From contig NW_014040555.1 of the NCBI RefSeq assembly GCF_001186125.1, positions 19,377 to 64,920 of the forward strand: a stretch of DNA of 45,544 nucleotides. The letters run 5' to 3'. Below the pieces are notes generated by a model that had not been told where the DNA came from, did not search any database, and saw only the letters and a list, made by a program, of their open reading frames with translations. Position numbers and translations under genes: made by a program. This stretch comes from Sphaeroforma arctica JP610. Its lineage: Eukaryota. Below, piece by piece: positions 1-12,588 of this stretch. Position 1 is the first letter of the stretch; the number at the start of each line of letters is the position of its first letter.

Positions 1-45
<45 letters not shown>

Positions 46-195
46 TCATATGATATTTCGTGTGTGTGAGGAATATGGGTGGTGTGTCTCTGTGTGTGTG
101 CGTGCGTTCGTAAGTTTCTGTGTGTGATAGAGAGTGTATGTGTGTGTGTATGTGTGAGTGCATGTCTATGGATTTGTTTGTATGCATGTGTGTGA
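1..195. repeat. (TG)n/(TA)n microsatellite and degenerate TG-rich low-complexity tract
   Basis: Directly visible dinucleotide runs. Confidence 0.9.
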
Positions 196-640
196 ATAGC
201 AAGGGAATAGATACACGTACATGTATTTTTAGCAGATCTGACTACTATTGAGTAAGACAAAAGCTGAATGTTGCACTTTCGCTACCATTAAAATCTGAGA
301 AGAACACCATGAGAAGAAACTTGTATCTATGTTACGAGCCAACGATGCCCATTCTGTGCTGGCACAAACGAAGTAAGAGGACGCAGAAGGCCGTATGAAT
401 AACAACGTAAGTAATAATAAAATGGATTCGAGCTGCATTACAGTTGAAGAGCATTTCTGAATTACCAATCGTGCGTGCATATGGCAATGCAAATAGAGAC
501 ATTCCAAATTGTATGACAGTGGATAGACACTTTTGATATAATCATGCGTACATAGAACAAGTCAACACAACACATACCGAGTTTCACTACAGCATAGGAA
601 CACTTATAATATACTAAAGCGTGAGTGTCTATGTTAATAC

Positions 641-712
641 CTGAGAAGTTGTGCTTCCATCAGCCTGTTGTGGGTGTGCAAACTCCACCGCAGCAATGTT
701 TGGTGTAGTCAT
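641..712 (-). CDS. Possible first coding exon of an unidentified minus-strand gene
   Basis: ATG at 712, 24 open codons (MTTPNIAAVEFAHPQQADGSTTSQ) ending CAG|GTAT donor. No recognisable motif; downstream exons not resolved. Confidence 0.25.
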
Positions 713-1814
713 CACGATATGTATTTATATAAATTGCATCGCAGCACCTCGCATGTAGAGCCAAAGTGTAAGTGCGCGGGATATACACCGATCAAAAGGT
801 GACTGTAAGCGGCTCTAGGTAAATAGATACTATTTGCATTCTTATTGTACGTGTAAATACACAATCCACTCGTCACATAAACTTCAATATTTACACAAGA
901 TGAGTGTGGGAGAAAATTTGACAAAAGCTAATAGCAAAAGGTGCGCATTGCGCCAGGTGGGCGTATATTTTTTATTGATTTCTTTTTTTGCATACATAGC
1001 ACCACTCGCATGTATTCGAATGAAAAGCGCGGGACAACATATTTAAACTGTTTTTAGGTCTCTCTTCTTGGTAAAATACAACCAACAATGTGTACAATTT
1101 TTAAAGTAAACTGCTTAGGTCTCTTGGTATACACCGGGGAAAACTCAATACAATAAATGTGTACAAATTGTACATATTTTTGAAGTGTATCGGTAGAATA
1201 GAGATCTGTTCCTCATACATCCTGAACATACATCATTTGTAAAAAGACACCTCACATAAGGATATGAACCGCCAAATATTTACACGCAGTACAATAACTC
1301 TTAAACGAATAATTATCAACATGCTTATATTGTATTCTTGTTTTGTATTTATTGTATTCTTGTTTTGTATTCACATACATCAACAAGGAGCAAACACAGT
1401 CGTTGTTCAAGAGGATACGAATAGATGACTGTAAAATATTATTTCATTTTGTGTTTTTGATCCTTGCTAAGATCATATGGCCTCCACCAGAATCATTTTC
1501 TAAACTGCTGAGTGTAGTAAGAGGCAACCCTTACTCACACTTGTATCCTCCACTGCAACCGTTACCTACCTATTTAGAACTAATCTAGTTAGCTCTAGCG
1601 TACATTAACTCCTTACCCCCGGTATCCGGTATCATATTTGCATGCTATAGTCATAACATTGTAACTATTTATATGAAACCGAATTAGTTATTTTGCCCCA
1701 TTGTTCACATGAAACGAGGATTATAAAGTGGTAAAGGCAAGCTTGTGTGTGCGTCTCTTTCACGCATCCTAAAGCAAGGGTTACATGGCTCTAAAAGTGA
1801 TAATCTGTGAATGC

Positions 1815-2273
<459 letters not shown>

Positions 2274-2464
2274 AAACGCGAAATTAATAATTATGCACTC
2301 TAAGTCTCTCTACTACTCTCTATGTATTCACTATTCAGACTTCAGTATAGTTATTTTTAGTTTTTTTTATTATTACCACAATTGACAATTTTATATGTTA
2401 CATACTTCCTCTTTTTTCTACTCTCAATCTTCTCTCCAGAGTAGGATATGAAAGTTATAATAGG

Positions 2465-3172
2465 GGTTGACGACAAAATAGGTAGGTTTTTTGAAGACGG
2501 GGAATTTTACTATAGAGGTTGACCCAGAGGTACATGAAATATTTACGTTCATTGGTCATTAGATAGCTTAATATGTTCGTCTCGACGAGTTAGCCACGCA
2601 TTTTTAATCCTATCCCGATCGGTCTATTGGTTCAAAAGTTATGGCAAATACTAGTTTGTACTCGAATTGGGACAAACTAACCATACGTAGGTGTTGTGCA
2701 TGTCCATGTATACCTATCCGATGCTCCTGGGATCAAAATATGTTATTCTAATACTCTTTGGGAGGATATATATGCACGCACAGCGACTCTGGAGATGTGT
2801 TTCGTGTACCTCGCTTTGTCACTGGTACAAAATGTACTAGGTAGAGAAACTGGTACCTCAAATACACCTCCAGAGTCGCTGCGCATGCACATATATCCTC
2901 CTTTGATCCCAGGAGCATCGGATAGGTGTACATGGACATACATGTCTACGTATGGCTAGTTTGACTCAGTTCTGGTACAAAACTAGTATTTGATTTAACT
3001 TTTGAACCAATAGGCCGATCGGGATGAGATTGAAAATACGTGGCTAACTCGTCAAGACGAACATTTTAAGCTATCTAACGACCAATGAACGTAATATTTT
3101 ATGTACTTCTGGATCAATCTCTATAGTAAAATTCCCCCGTCTCAAAAAGCCTTTTTCTTTTTGTTGTCAACC
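2465..3172. mobile_element. Foldback / MITE-like non-autonomous DNA element made of ~340-bp inverted arms
   Basis: GGTTGACGACAAAA... at 2465 mirrors ...TTTTGTTGTCAACC at 3172. The arms align along their length (e.g. GACGAGTTAGCCACG / CGTGGCTAACTCGTC; CCTATCCGATGCTCCTGGGATCAAA / TTTGATCCCAGGAGCATCGGATAGG) around a short spacer near 2810-2850. No coding capacity. Confidence 0.85.
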
Positions 3173-3403
3173 TGAGCTTCCAAGGGTTCACACCTTCACT
3201 GATGACTCACTGATGACTCACTGATTGCAAATAACATGTATATTTAAACAAAACAAAAATAGTATATTTACATTGTGGTATATTATAGCCTCCTATATAG
3301 TACAGATACATAGTTGATACAATTACATACGTCTCCTATTGACATTGTAGACTTAATTTGTTTTCGATATTCATACTACGAATCAAGCGCCCTCGCTGAG
3401 TGT

Positions 3404-6400
3404 ATGAGCGATAAATACAATCTTGGCCAGATGGAGAGTATGTCGTTTTTAAGTGCGGCATGTACAAATTATACCTTAATGTGTATGACTGTGGGTGATA
3501 ATCCTTGCGGACGTTTTCCGTTGCGACTAAGTATGCAACACACTGCAGCCTATTGAGCACTTGCAAATTCTTCTATACAGCGCTTTACGCTCCATGACAT
3601 ATACTACACAATCTAGTCATAACATACGTTAATATGTTCACTATAGCGTTGTGGATCGACACAAACTTAGGTACATCTCTACGTCATATAAATGTGTGCC
3701 CAGAAAACAGTACAAAATACCAAATCTATGTACTATTAAGCTCCGGAAGCAAAATGGCGAGTACATGGTATGATTTTGAAGTATGTAACTGGAGTATAAT
3801 AATATTAGTGCCCCTACACAACTTTATGTTCGCACATGTATACCCTAGCGTATATGTATGTGGTTGTACATATTTCTAAGCATGCTTACATATATATATG
3901 TATCTATATATGTATATGTGTATATANNNNNNNNNNNNNNNNNNNNATTCCAACATAACTGACAGTACACAACTGACATACGCTTTACTCTGGATCCTGT
4001 TTGCAGTCTCTTTCTCGCGGAAACCGTCTGTCGTGGTCATTGCTGTAGCCTTGGCTCTTTCGCTACTTTGGGTATGAGTCATGGTTGACTGTAGTGAGTA
4101 AATCGCCCAGTGATGTGTATCTTGGTCGTTCTGGGCTATGTGTAGAATGTATATTTAAACATCTTTCAATGTATTGTTGCTTATCTTTTAGACTCTTGAG
4201 TACACGTTGTAGACAATCGAGGTAGCTGATGATTACCCCACGTTTGCAACTGTTGTTGTAATTTTCTGAGTATGGGTTGTAGATGTCTTGGACAAGACCA
4301 CAACTCTAAGTTGTTCTGGTTCCAGTTTGGTTCTGTTTTTGTGATTCGGATGATTAGAGCAGCTAGACACCATGTGGCCGATCTGTGTATTTAATGCTGT
4401 TAGTGGGACGGGCGCGAGTTATAGACAAGTGGGGTGAATGAGCACACCTTGCTATTGTTGCTCCACTATGACACTTGCTGCCGTGTGGTGTGAGGTGACA
4501 CGTACACATCAATGACCTGACAGCTACTTGAAAACTTTTGATTCAAATCTGCGTCTGAGTATTCGATGACCGGAAGTTTTGTCGTACAGAAGCGCCATTT
4601 TCATTCTGTACTCGCGGTCAGTATGAATTGTGCATGTGGTCGTTTGTGGTGCTTAGTATTACCTTAGAGTTTTTGCTTGTTGCAGCTGTCTTACCTATAG
4701 TGCATAGAGTAATTTGGCCTCCCAGGAAAAAAAGTTACCGTTGAAACCAAGTTTCTATTACTCAAGCATTTCAGTCGGGTTCTGGAAGTGACCGTTCTAT
4801 TGAATATGGACTATCAACGTAACGGAGACTTTTTTTTATAAACGATACTTACCATTTATGGTTCGAGATAGATTCATATTGCTGGCCTATTCCCTCTTAA
4901 TTGTCCCTTTGAGCGGGCCCCGCCATGTACAATCGTGCTTTGTGCTTTGTATGCAATCGTCAAGTCCGTCGCCAAAATGGATTTGTTTCCTTGAAACATT
5001 TATATAGTTGTGATAGTTCTCATACTGCATGATGCCTCTGCCTAAGTACTTCACATGATTTTATTTACGGCTATCTTCTGCTTAGTCCCTGGTTTTACTC
5101 GAATTGAAACGTTAGTTGGCGATAGCAGTAATTTATTCGTTGAAACGCTGTACGAGTGTGTTTGTATCACTCGCAGTCGGTAGCTTTCTGACTGCTTCGC
5201 ATCATATACTTATATCGCCTACCATCCGGCGACCCAATGTGAAGTGATCGCCATATCTGTGAGTAATAACATAACCCACAATGTCACAGTTTGAACACAT
5301 GAAGATGCTAGTTTGAAACCCTTTGAAACGATTCGTAGGTTGATTCGACATAGGTATACAGCCACATGAGAATCACGAAATACTTCTGCTTGGAATACTA
5401 CTCGCTCCAACGTACTCCATCTGTTCCCACACTTCACAGTTGGTAGCACAAACAGTGCAGTATGTAGGGGCATCGTTCGATCCATTCGCTTCGGACTGGA
5501 AGGCAGAGTCGTCTACGTTTGCGCCAAAGGACTCCACATACATACCCATCATGTCACAGGTGTGTAAACAGTTGTTTCCAGCTACACTTGTTAAGCCAAA
5601 GATTCAATAGGTTTATTCATTAGGTGGAACGTATCACAGGTGTGTATACCAAGTTTGCCCTGATGCAAGCAAGTAATGTTTTATTACAGAAGACAAACGG
5701 AACCTATTTCCTTCCTGTCTCCGGTGCACAAAACAATTTTGTCCTGTCATAAGTGTAAAACCCAATTATACATGTGTGTAATCAAGTTTGTTTTAATGCA
5801 GATGTGTGTTGTAGCCTTATCATGTTTCAGTAGTGTATTTTAAATATGTCCTGCTAACACCAGTTTGTCCTGCGACAAGTGTGTGCCTTAGGCCCAGTCT
5901 GATCAGTAAAAATAATGTTTTTCCTTCATACCTATACCATTTTGGGCGGCAAGTGCATTGATAAGTCTATATTATGACACAGCCGTCGGGGAGTGGCTTT
6001 TCTTAATTTTTGATACCAGTATAGCACACATTGAGCGACGAAACATCCACTATAGTCTCGTGAGTATACATCTGCCACATTAGCATGCATGTGTTATGAG
6101 TGACTCGAATCGTGAAATGCCGTGGCAGCACAGAGGGTGTCTGTCTCAATCCCATTGACTTTCGTGCAGTACCAATAGAAGTTCTGGATGGCGCAATAAA
6201 ATGCGACACATTACGTCACGGTGAGATTAGGCGTGGGAACAATACGTTGAAAGCCATCATATTGGCGGCGGCCATACTAGTATCATTAGATGGATGATAA
6301 TATACTAGATTTGTGATGTTGTTGGGATGACAAAATTTAATTGTCCAAATACATATATAGTCCTATTTTATGACACGGACTGACACAATATGACGTGGCA

Positions 6401-9400
6401 TTTTTAGATACATTCGAAACAAGTCATTGACAGACTTCAGTACGACAATCTACGATACAATATCACACAATACGACACAGTATGGCACGTTACGATACAA
6501 TACGACACATTATATCACAACTGATAAGGCAACGAATTTCGTATCAGATTCTGTTTCGACATGGCGATCGGACAGCTGTGACTTCGCCCATACCGAAGGT
6601 TTCCTATCCAGCTGCAGACTACTACATGTGTGATATGGGTAGGATTGAAAGTTTTACCTACAAGGGAGACAATTCGAAGGAACGGCCGGTAAGTAGGAGT
6701 GAATAATTTGATCTAGTGTTGTAGTTTCAATCGAATTCGGCTCTATACAAATTATTGTAGTGAAAATGCATTGTCTATGAGAGTGGTTTGCTGTAGACAA
6801 CTATATGTGTGACTGGATAGGATTGGAACCTTCATTCAAAAGTCAAATCACTCGGTAGTCGTATAGTTTAGTCGGATCAAGCTTCACGTAGCTAGTAGTA
6901 ACGTATTCTCTTAGTGTAGGGGTGGATTGGTGATTGCATGCTTGGGCCATACATTTCATGTGAAGCCCTCATAAGGTTGTGTGTTAGTCATTCATATATC
7001 CTGCGCTTGTGTTGTGAAGCTGCGATGTCCGTAACTTCTCGACTCGTGCCGTGGCATCATATATCGGATAACTGCACGCATCGGTCACAGATCGATTGTA
7101 TTGAGTACATTTGCAAGTCTGTCGGATAGTCCAGATCCTTCATCGGCAAGTATCCTTGCTCAACTCGCAAATCAAGCGTGATGAATTTAAACTGCCTAGG
7201 TATGAATTTCTGGAAGGCGGAGACATAATTATATAAGATGCACCTGTACTTGCAACTGTTTTTTATTGGAAAGCTTACTTGGATAGGGCTCTNNNNNNNN
7301 NNNNNNNNNNNNNNNNNNNNNNNNNNNNNNNNNNNNNNNNNNNNNNNNNNNNNNNNNNNNNNNNNNNNNNNNNNNNNNNNNNNNNNNNNNNNNNNNNNNN
7401 NNNNNNNNNNNNNNNNNNNNNNNNNNNNNNNNNNNNNNNNNNNNNNNNNNNNNNNNNNNNNNNNNNNNNNNNNNNNNNNNNNNNNNNNNNNNNNNNNNNN
7501 NNNNNNNNNNNNNNNNNNNNNNNNNNNNNNNNNNNNNNNNNNNNNNNNNNNNNNNNNNNNNNNNNNNNNNNNNNNNNNNNNNNNNNNNNNNNNNNNNNNN
7601 NNNNNNNNNNNNNNNNNNNNNNNNNNNNNNNNNNNNNNNNNNNNNNNNNNNNNNNNNNNNNNNNNNNNNNNNNNNNNNNNNNNNNNNNNNNNNNNNNNNN
7701 NNNNNNNNNNNNNNNNNNNNNNNNNNNNNNNNNNNNNNNNNNNNNNNNNNNNNNNNNNNNNNNNNNNNNNNNNNNNNNNNNNNNNNNNNNNNNNNNNNNN
7801 NNNNNNNNNNNNNNNNNATGTATATATGTATGGTCATATAATAATTACCTGTCAACAAAATCGAACTTCATTTCTACTATCAGAATCTCACCTATCCTTT
7901 TGTTCCAGAATCCATCTTTAAAAATAATCGCGACCGACGACGAACACGAGCCTGTGTGTGAAAAGGGGCTTCTGACTGCTAAAGGTTGTCGCCAACACGT
8001 TGCTCTTGGTGGGAAGATGCTTCAGAAATATGGCAACTACTATCTGCAGACATCCACGTATGCGCATCATCCAACTCACGCGATACGCAAAAGTAATATT
8101 ACACTGAATGTTTATGAATTACACCTATGTTGTCAAAGATATACGGTGATACAAGTGGTGGCACCAGTATAACTCTAGGCAACCGGAAACTACCGTCACT
8201 TTGTTGATGTTGTATGCACTTCTGAGTGAGTAGAGCTGAACAATGCATCCACTATGCCAGCTGCAGAGTTTAGTAGTCGAGACATAATCACAAATTTTTG
8301 TGAGTTTCCTTCGTCTGTTATTTTTAAATCACCCTTATGTGTAGCCAATATCCGCTTATATGTGTATTATCTCGAAATGATACTTGCTAATTGCTGCCAC
8401 CTGATTTTTGAAATCACAGGAGTGAGAGACTGAGTTTGACACAGCTTCATGCCACCAACTACGATAGAACACACAAGTCACTGGCGTGTTTTCTCAAAGG
8501 GTTTCGTCTATTTGAAGGTGAAGCGTAAGTCCCCTCTATCTCTGTGTCACGTACACTTACAGTATATTATGAATGCTTCAATATCTATACCAGATATTAC
8601 ATATAAAGCGTATTGTTGCAGTATCATACTTAGTCCGGAAACTGACTGTACAGGTAGTGTAATCATAGATTCAGGATGTGCTTGTGCCCATTATACAGAC
8701 AGTTTGATGATGAACTTGTATGTATACGTGCGTGCGGAAGCGTTCTGGTGTTCTAATTTGAAGTCTATGTATCACTCGCCACGCCTCAGTAAAGACCTTC
8801 TCGTAATTATGTGTATTCCTGACCATATTAGATATTGGACGTATTCTTGATAGATATTTCTGAAAAGTGCTCCTTAAACCCAGAAGATGATATTTAGAAA
8901 TATAGTAGTCGATAAATAACTGTAGAAAGCGCTCAAAAGCATATATTTTCCCATGTACCGGTCGTGTTCGATCTATTCAACGTTATTCTACACAATACAG
9001 CCCTGAGCATAAGAGAAGGTTTAGTGTATATATGTACTTGTAGGCCTAGACACACAGAGAAACGACTATATGCAGTCAGACAGTATGAAGATTTCAACGT
9101 GGTGGGGTGGGTATTCTACACAATACAGCCCTGAGCATAAAAGAAGGTTTAGTGGATATATGTACTTGTAGGCCTAGACACACAGAGAAATGACTATATG
9201 CAGTCCGACAGTGTGAAGATGATCTGTTATCGCGTACGGTGTCCAGTATGTTGATTGGGGGATCGATGAAGTATCGATCCAACTACGCAATTGATTTCAT
9301 GGCCGCCATAAGCAGAATATATTCAGATATATATACATATACATTAACTATCTCATTCTGAATAAGCTACAAACATTGTTGATGTCACCGTTGTTCTGTA

Positions 9401-12352
9401 CAGCAATCTCGATGTGAAGGTCGCGCAGCAGGCCAGTACCATATTGCACCCGAATTCGCACTGTCAGCAATTTGTCGATGCAATATCAGATGTGTACACA
9501 ACCCCGGAGTGGATCACCAGGTACTGTTGAAGGCACTGACGATTGCAGATGACAATCAAATGACATGCTGAGGGACATGAACCCCATTTTTATTTTGTGA
9601 CTATTATTTTGAATAAGTGTTTGCGTATCTACTGCATTTGGTGCATCTGCACTATCTGACCCCAGTTACGAAGTGTATATTTGCTATCATACGTGAATCA
9701 CTATGTGATGTATTGGAGTCTGATACAATGTACCTACTTTCCGCTCATTATTTTCAGGTGGAAGTCCCATGGCGAGCCTTTAGTCAACCCAGTTGCTCAT
9801 GAACTGGGTATTGCGGAAGACGAACTCTTGCGCTATATAACCTCGAAAGGTAATATTTTTGTCCAGTGTGTTGACACATACGCAACACTTCTGTGGGCTA
9901 GCCTGTATCGATGTACGGCTTTTTTTGTAGTGGATCACGATCGGACTTTATGAATCTGCCTCTAGAACTAGTGATGCCTTTTGTATACAAATTGAATCTT
10001 GTAAGCGAGTCCCACACTAGGTAGTCTTGGAACAATCTGAACGGGTAATTTGACCTTGATATCTTCTTCACAAGCACAGGTAAGAAGGGACCTTTGTGGG
10101 AGTCTGTCTTCGACCAGCTGCATGTCCGTATGTCGCATGCACTCGGCTTCCCAGGAACACTCACACAGGACATGTACGACAGGGTGCGGAAGGAGGCCTC
10201 GGTGCAGTTGGGCATCGCATTTTCTGACCAGACAATGCTGGAAATAGGTATGGATGACGATTACATGCTGTTTCATTGTACACTGAATGTGGGCATTATG
10301 TGACAATCAGATATTGCTGGTATCTGGTCAGTTGGTAGGAGAGTATGTACTGCGCTGTAAGTCGGGAGGAATTAATGTGTCTGTATTAATGCTGTAAGTC
10401 GGTAGGAATTAATTGTTCATGCCTGATGAAATGCACTGATTGTTTGTACATAAGTGCACCGATCATACATAGTTGAAAAAATCTGAGCGGTGGTGACATG
10501 TGCTAGCTGTGTACAACGGCCGTATCAACTGTTTGTCATCACTACGAAATACTAGGAGTCGATTTGAACAAGTGTGGCATTATCAATTGGTTTGAAAATT
10601 GAATTTACTTATACATAGACCGTAACTCCGTTATGACTGACTACTCATGGTCACGCACGCGCCGCTACCTATGGATGTGGATATGAGTGCCTACTTTGGT
10701 CCATTCATTCTCAATATGATTTGGTCATCATATGACGTATAACAATGATGATAAAGGCCTCATCTTTCACTATGCGCAATAACAATGCGTGCATGTGTCC
10801 GTGCTTTTCAACGTCCAACACTCTCTGCCGTGTTGTTTTGCTTGTCAAGTTTTCATTCATTGTAAGCGTCAATATCCCATGAATTTAAAGATTATTTCGA
10901 ATGTTCAGATTTGAGCAGCGCGTAATTGAGTGGTATATGGCTCTTATCTTACAGTCTCTCGAATAATATGAATGTACACACACACAATGTACATTCAGCC
11001 TGATTTGTCTTGCCCCAGCTATTATTGATCTTAGGAGACGGTATCCACTGTTCCTTTTATCTCACACTGGGACACGATAGAGATTTTTGTATGTAACCGT
11101 CTGCAATGTTCTAGTCAATTGTAGTTACAATCGACAGTAACCAAAACAGATTTGACTGATCTTCAACTAGTTCTCTCAGATTCGTTGGGAAACCTGTGAT
11201 AGTACCACATTTGGACCTGTATCCTACAATGTTTTGTCGTTGAGGTGCAGAACCGTATATATACGAATAATGCTGTATGAATTTTACTATTGTCTATTAC
11301 ATGTAGTCTCTGCTACTTTCTTTAGACAGCAAAGACTCGGGCTATTATTCCATGTAGTCTCCGCTACTCTCCTTAGACAGCAAAGGCCCGAGCTTTTATT
11401 CCATGTAGATAGCAGCTCGTACTTTCTCGCGCAATACCTCAGGCACGATGGCGTTGATGCAGATGCTCTACGATGAGATGGACCGCAGATTCACCGACTA
11501 CAAGAAAAATCGATCTCCGAATTTGAATGATAGGCTGCAACTGCGCTTGTAAGTGAAAACTCGTTTCCTGTATACACAAATCGAGCATTTGTGTGACTTG
11601 TTGTGTGAGTGTACGTTTTATATGCGCACACCACACGAAGCATTGCATGAGTTTAATTGAACTCTTTCAGTGTCTGCTTCTGCAGTGTGGCTTACGTACC
11701 CCCATTCACGAATTATGAGATATCATTATTTTCCGCTTGTTCTGAGATGTTTACAAGTAGGATATTCTACACTCCATTGAGAGCCATTCTCGTGTTGCAG
11801 TACTGAATCTGAATGTGTTGACAAATAAGCTCACTCTTGCCCCTTCCCCACAGATATTCCGGTCACGATACCACTATAATTCCCATGTTGTGTGCGATGG
11901 CTGTGTACGATGATGAGTGGCCCGGTTACGCCAGCCATTTCGATATACAGCTCGCTGTGAAAGGTATGTGTACGTGTGAAAACAACGCATGAGCTCTTTA
12001 CTATGCGAATTTTGTGACTGCCCTGGTCCACTTTTAAGGGTACCAACACCTATCCGTATTTGAATCACGCTACGTATATTTTGAGAAGATAGGTTTTGCG
12101 TCACAATCATAGTATATGAGTACAATTGTTTATTCCCGTACGTTTTTCGCATCTAAACTAAGTAGCTGTACGCATTCTACCCTCACAGATGAGAATCCAT
12201 TTGTGAGAGTATACTACCAGAACTCAGACACTGACACATCTGAACGACTTTTGAAGCTGCCTGGTTGTGCACAAGACGTTTGTACGTTGAAGGAATTCAA
12301 AGCGATCGCTTATCAATATAGGCGTAATAGAGAATGCGACGCTATTCCGTAA
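3404..12352 (+). CDS. Histidine acid phosphatase (His_Phos_2 / branch-2, ACP2/ACP6-like), 12 exons, ~456 aa, N-terminal signal anchor
   Basis: Exons 3404-3437 (tentative), 4007-4071, 5440-5559, 6548-6688, 7909-8057, 8420-8524, 9404-9520, 9758-9849, 10080-10247, 11443-11548, 11854-11963, 12189-12352. All introns are GT-AG, phases match, and the total is 1371 nt. Motifs in canonical order: ILFRHGDRT, GLLTAKGCRQHVALG..Y, ATNYDRTHKSLACFLKGF, D..H.R..H, LYSGHDTTIIPML, WPGYASHF, VRVYY, LPGC..C.L.EF. Confidence 0.88.
4007..4071 (+). CDS. Acid phosphatase exon 2 (hydrophobic signal anchor SFSRKPSVVVIAVALALSLLW)
   Basis: TTTGCAG acceptor, GTATGA donor; phase fits the neighbouring exons. Confidence 0.6.
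5440..5559 (+). CDS. Acid phosphatase exon 3 (LVAQTVQYVG...YIPIMSQ)
   Basis: CACAG acceptor, GT donor, 120 nt; joins in frame to ILFRHGDRT. Confidence 0.7.
6548..6688 (+). CDS. Acid phosphatase exon 4 with the catalytic RHGDRT motif
   Basis: ATCAG acceptor, GTAAGT donor; ILFRHGDRTAVTSPIP. Confidence 0.9.
7909..8057 (+). CDS. Acid phosphatase exon 5
   Basis: TTCCAG acceptor, GTATGC donor; CEKGLLTAKGCRQHVALGGKMLQKYG matches the G.LT..G..Q...LG..l...Y motif. Confidence 0.88.
8420..8524 (+). CDS. Acid phosphatase exon 6
   Basis: CACAG acceptor, GTAAGT donor; LHATNYDRTHKSLACFLKGF matches the sT..RT..Sa..f..G motif. Confidence 0.85.
8976..9220. repeat. Intronic tandem duplication (~117-bp unit, second copy with an 11-nt GGTGGGGTGGG insertion)
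   Basis: TATTCTACACAATACAGCCCTGAGCATAA... at 8984 and 9112. Confidence 0.9.
9404..9520 (+). CDS. Acid phosphatase exon 7
   Basis: TACAG acceptor, GTACTG donor; NLDVKVAQQASTILHPNSHCQQF... Confidence 0.75.
9758..9849 (+). CDS. Acid phosphatase exon 8
   Basis: TTTTCAG acceptor, GTAATA donor; phase-consistent. Confidence 0.75.
10080..10247 (+). CDS. Acid phosphatase exon 9
   Basis: CACAG acceptor, GTATGG donor; WESVFDQLHVRMSHALGFPG. Confidence 0.8.
   Translation, partial: VRRDLCGSLSSTSCMSVCRMHSASQEHSHRTCTTGCGRRPRCSWASHFLTRQCWK
11296..11408. repeat. Intronic ~51-bp tandem repeat (about 2.2 copies)
   Basis: CATGTAGTCTC(T/C)GCTACT...TTAGACAGCAAAG repeated. Confidence 0.8.
11443..11548 (+). CDS. 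Acid phosphatase exon 10
   Basis: CTCAG acceptor, GTAAGT donor; ...RLQLRL joins to YSGHD. Confidence 0.8.
11854..11963 (+). CDS. Acid phosphatase exon 11 with the HD proton-donor motif
   Basis: CACAG acceptor, GTATGT donor; YSGHDTTIIPMLCAMAVYDDEWPGYASHF. Confidence 0.9.
12189..12352 (+). CDS. Acid phosphatase terminal exon
   Basis: CACAG acceptor; FVRVYYQN...LKLPGCAQDVCTLKEF...stop at 12352. Confidence 0.85.
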
Positions 12353-12410
12353 CGCAATTAACGGTGTGTTAGCAGCTAAGAAAATAGGCTCACCCTCTGC
12401 ACTTTTTCGG

Positions 12411-12588
12411 TCAGTTGACACGCGGCATTATATCAGATTCGGGGTCACGCGGAAACTCAACCGAGTCCTCTAACTCGCGTATCTGATATGAGAATCCATG
12501 TGGTCCGTCATCGCATCCGCCCGGTGTTTCACCACATTCATCTGGTGTTTTACTGTGTGTATGGTATATCAGAGCCGAGATGTATTCT
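12411..12588 (-). CDS. Possible terminal exon of a convergent, unidentified minus-strand gene
   Basis: CAG acceptor at 12590-12589, then a protein-like open frame (EYISALIYHTHSKTPDECGETPGGCDDGPHGF...). No motif recognised; upstream exons not found. Confidence 0.25.

Noticed and set aside
3197..3226. CTGATGA hammerhead core candidates (also at ~31698 on the minus strand)
   Set aside because: A 12-bp tandem repeat; no stem II-GAAA or cleavage triplet arrangement found.
5550..5900. Degenerate ACAGGTGTGT/AGTTTGTCCTG repeats in intron 3
   Set aside because: Too degenerate to define a unit; no coding or structural support.
7229..7921. 200-300-aa ORFs
   Set aside because: Mostly N-gap; only 7909-8057 is a real exon. 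The same applies to the ORFs at 13406-13744.
11030..11100. Alternative 'LGHD' exon for the phosphatase
   Set aside because: Ends in a stop, and the YSGHDTT exon at 11854 fits both motif and phase.
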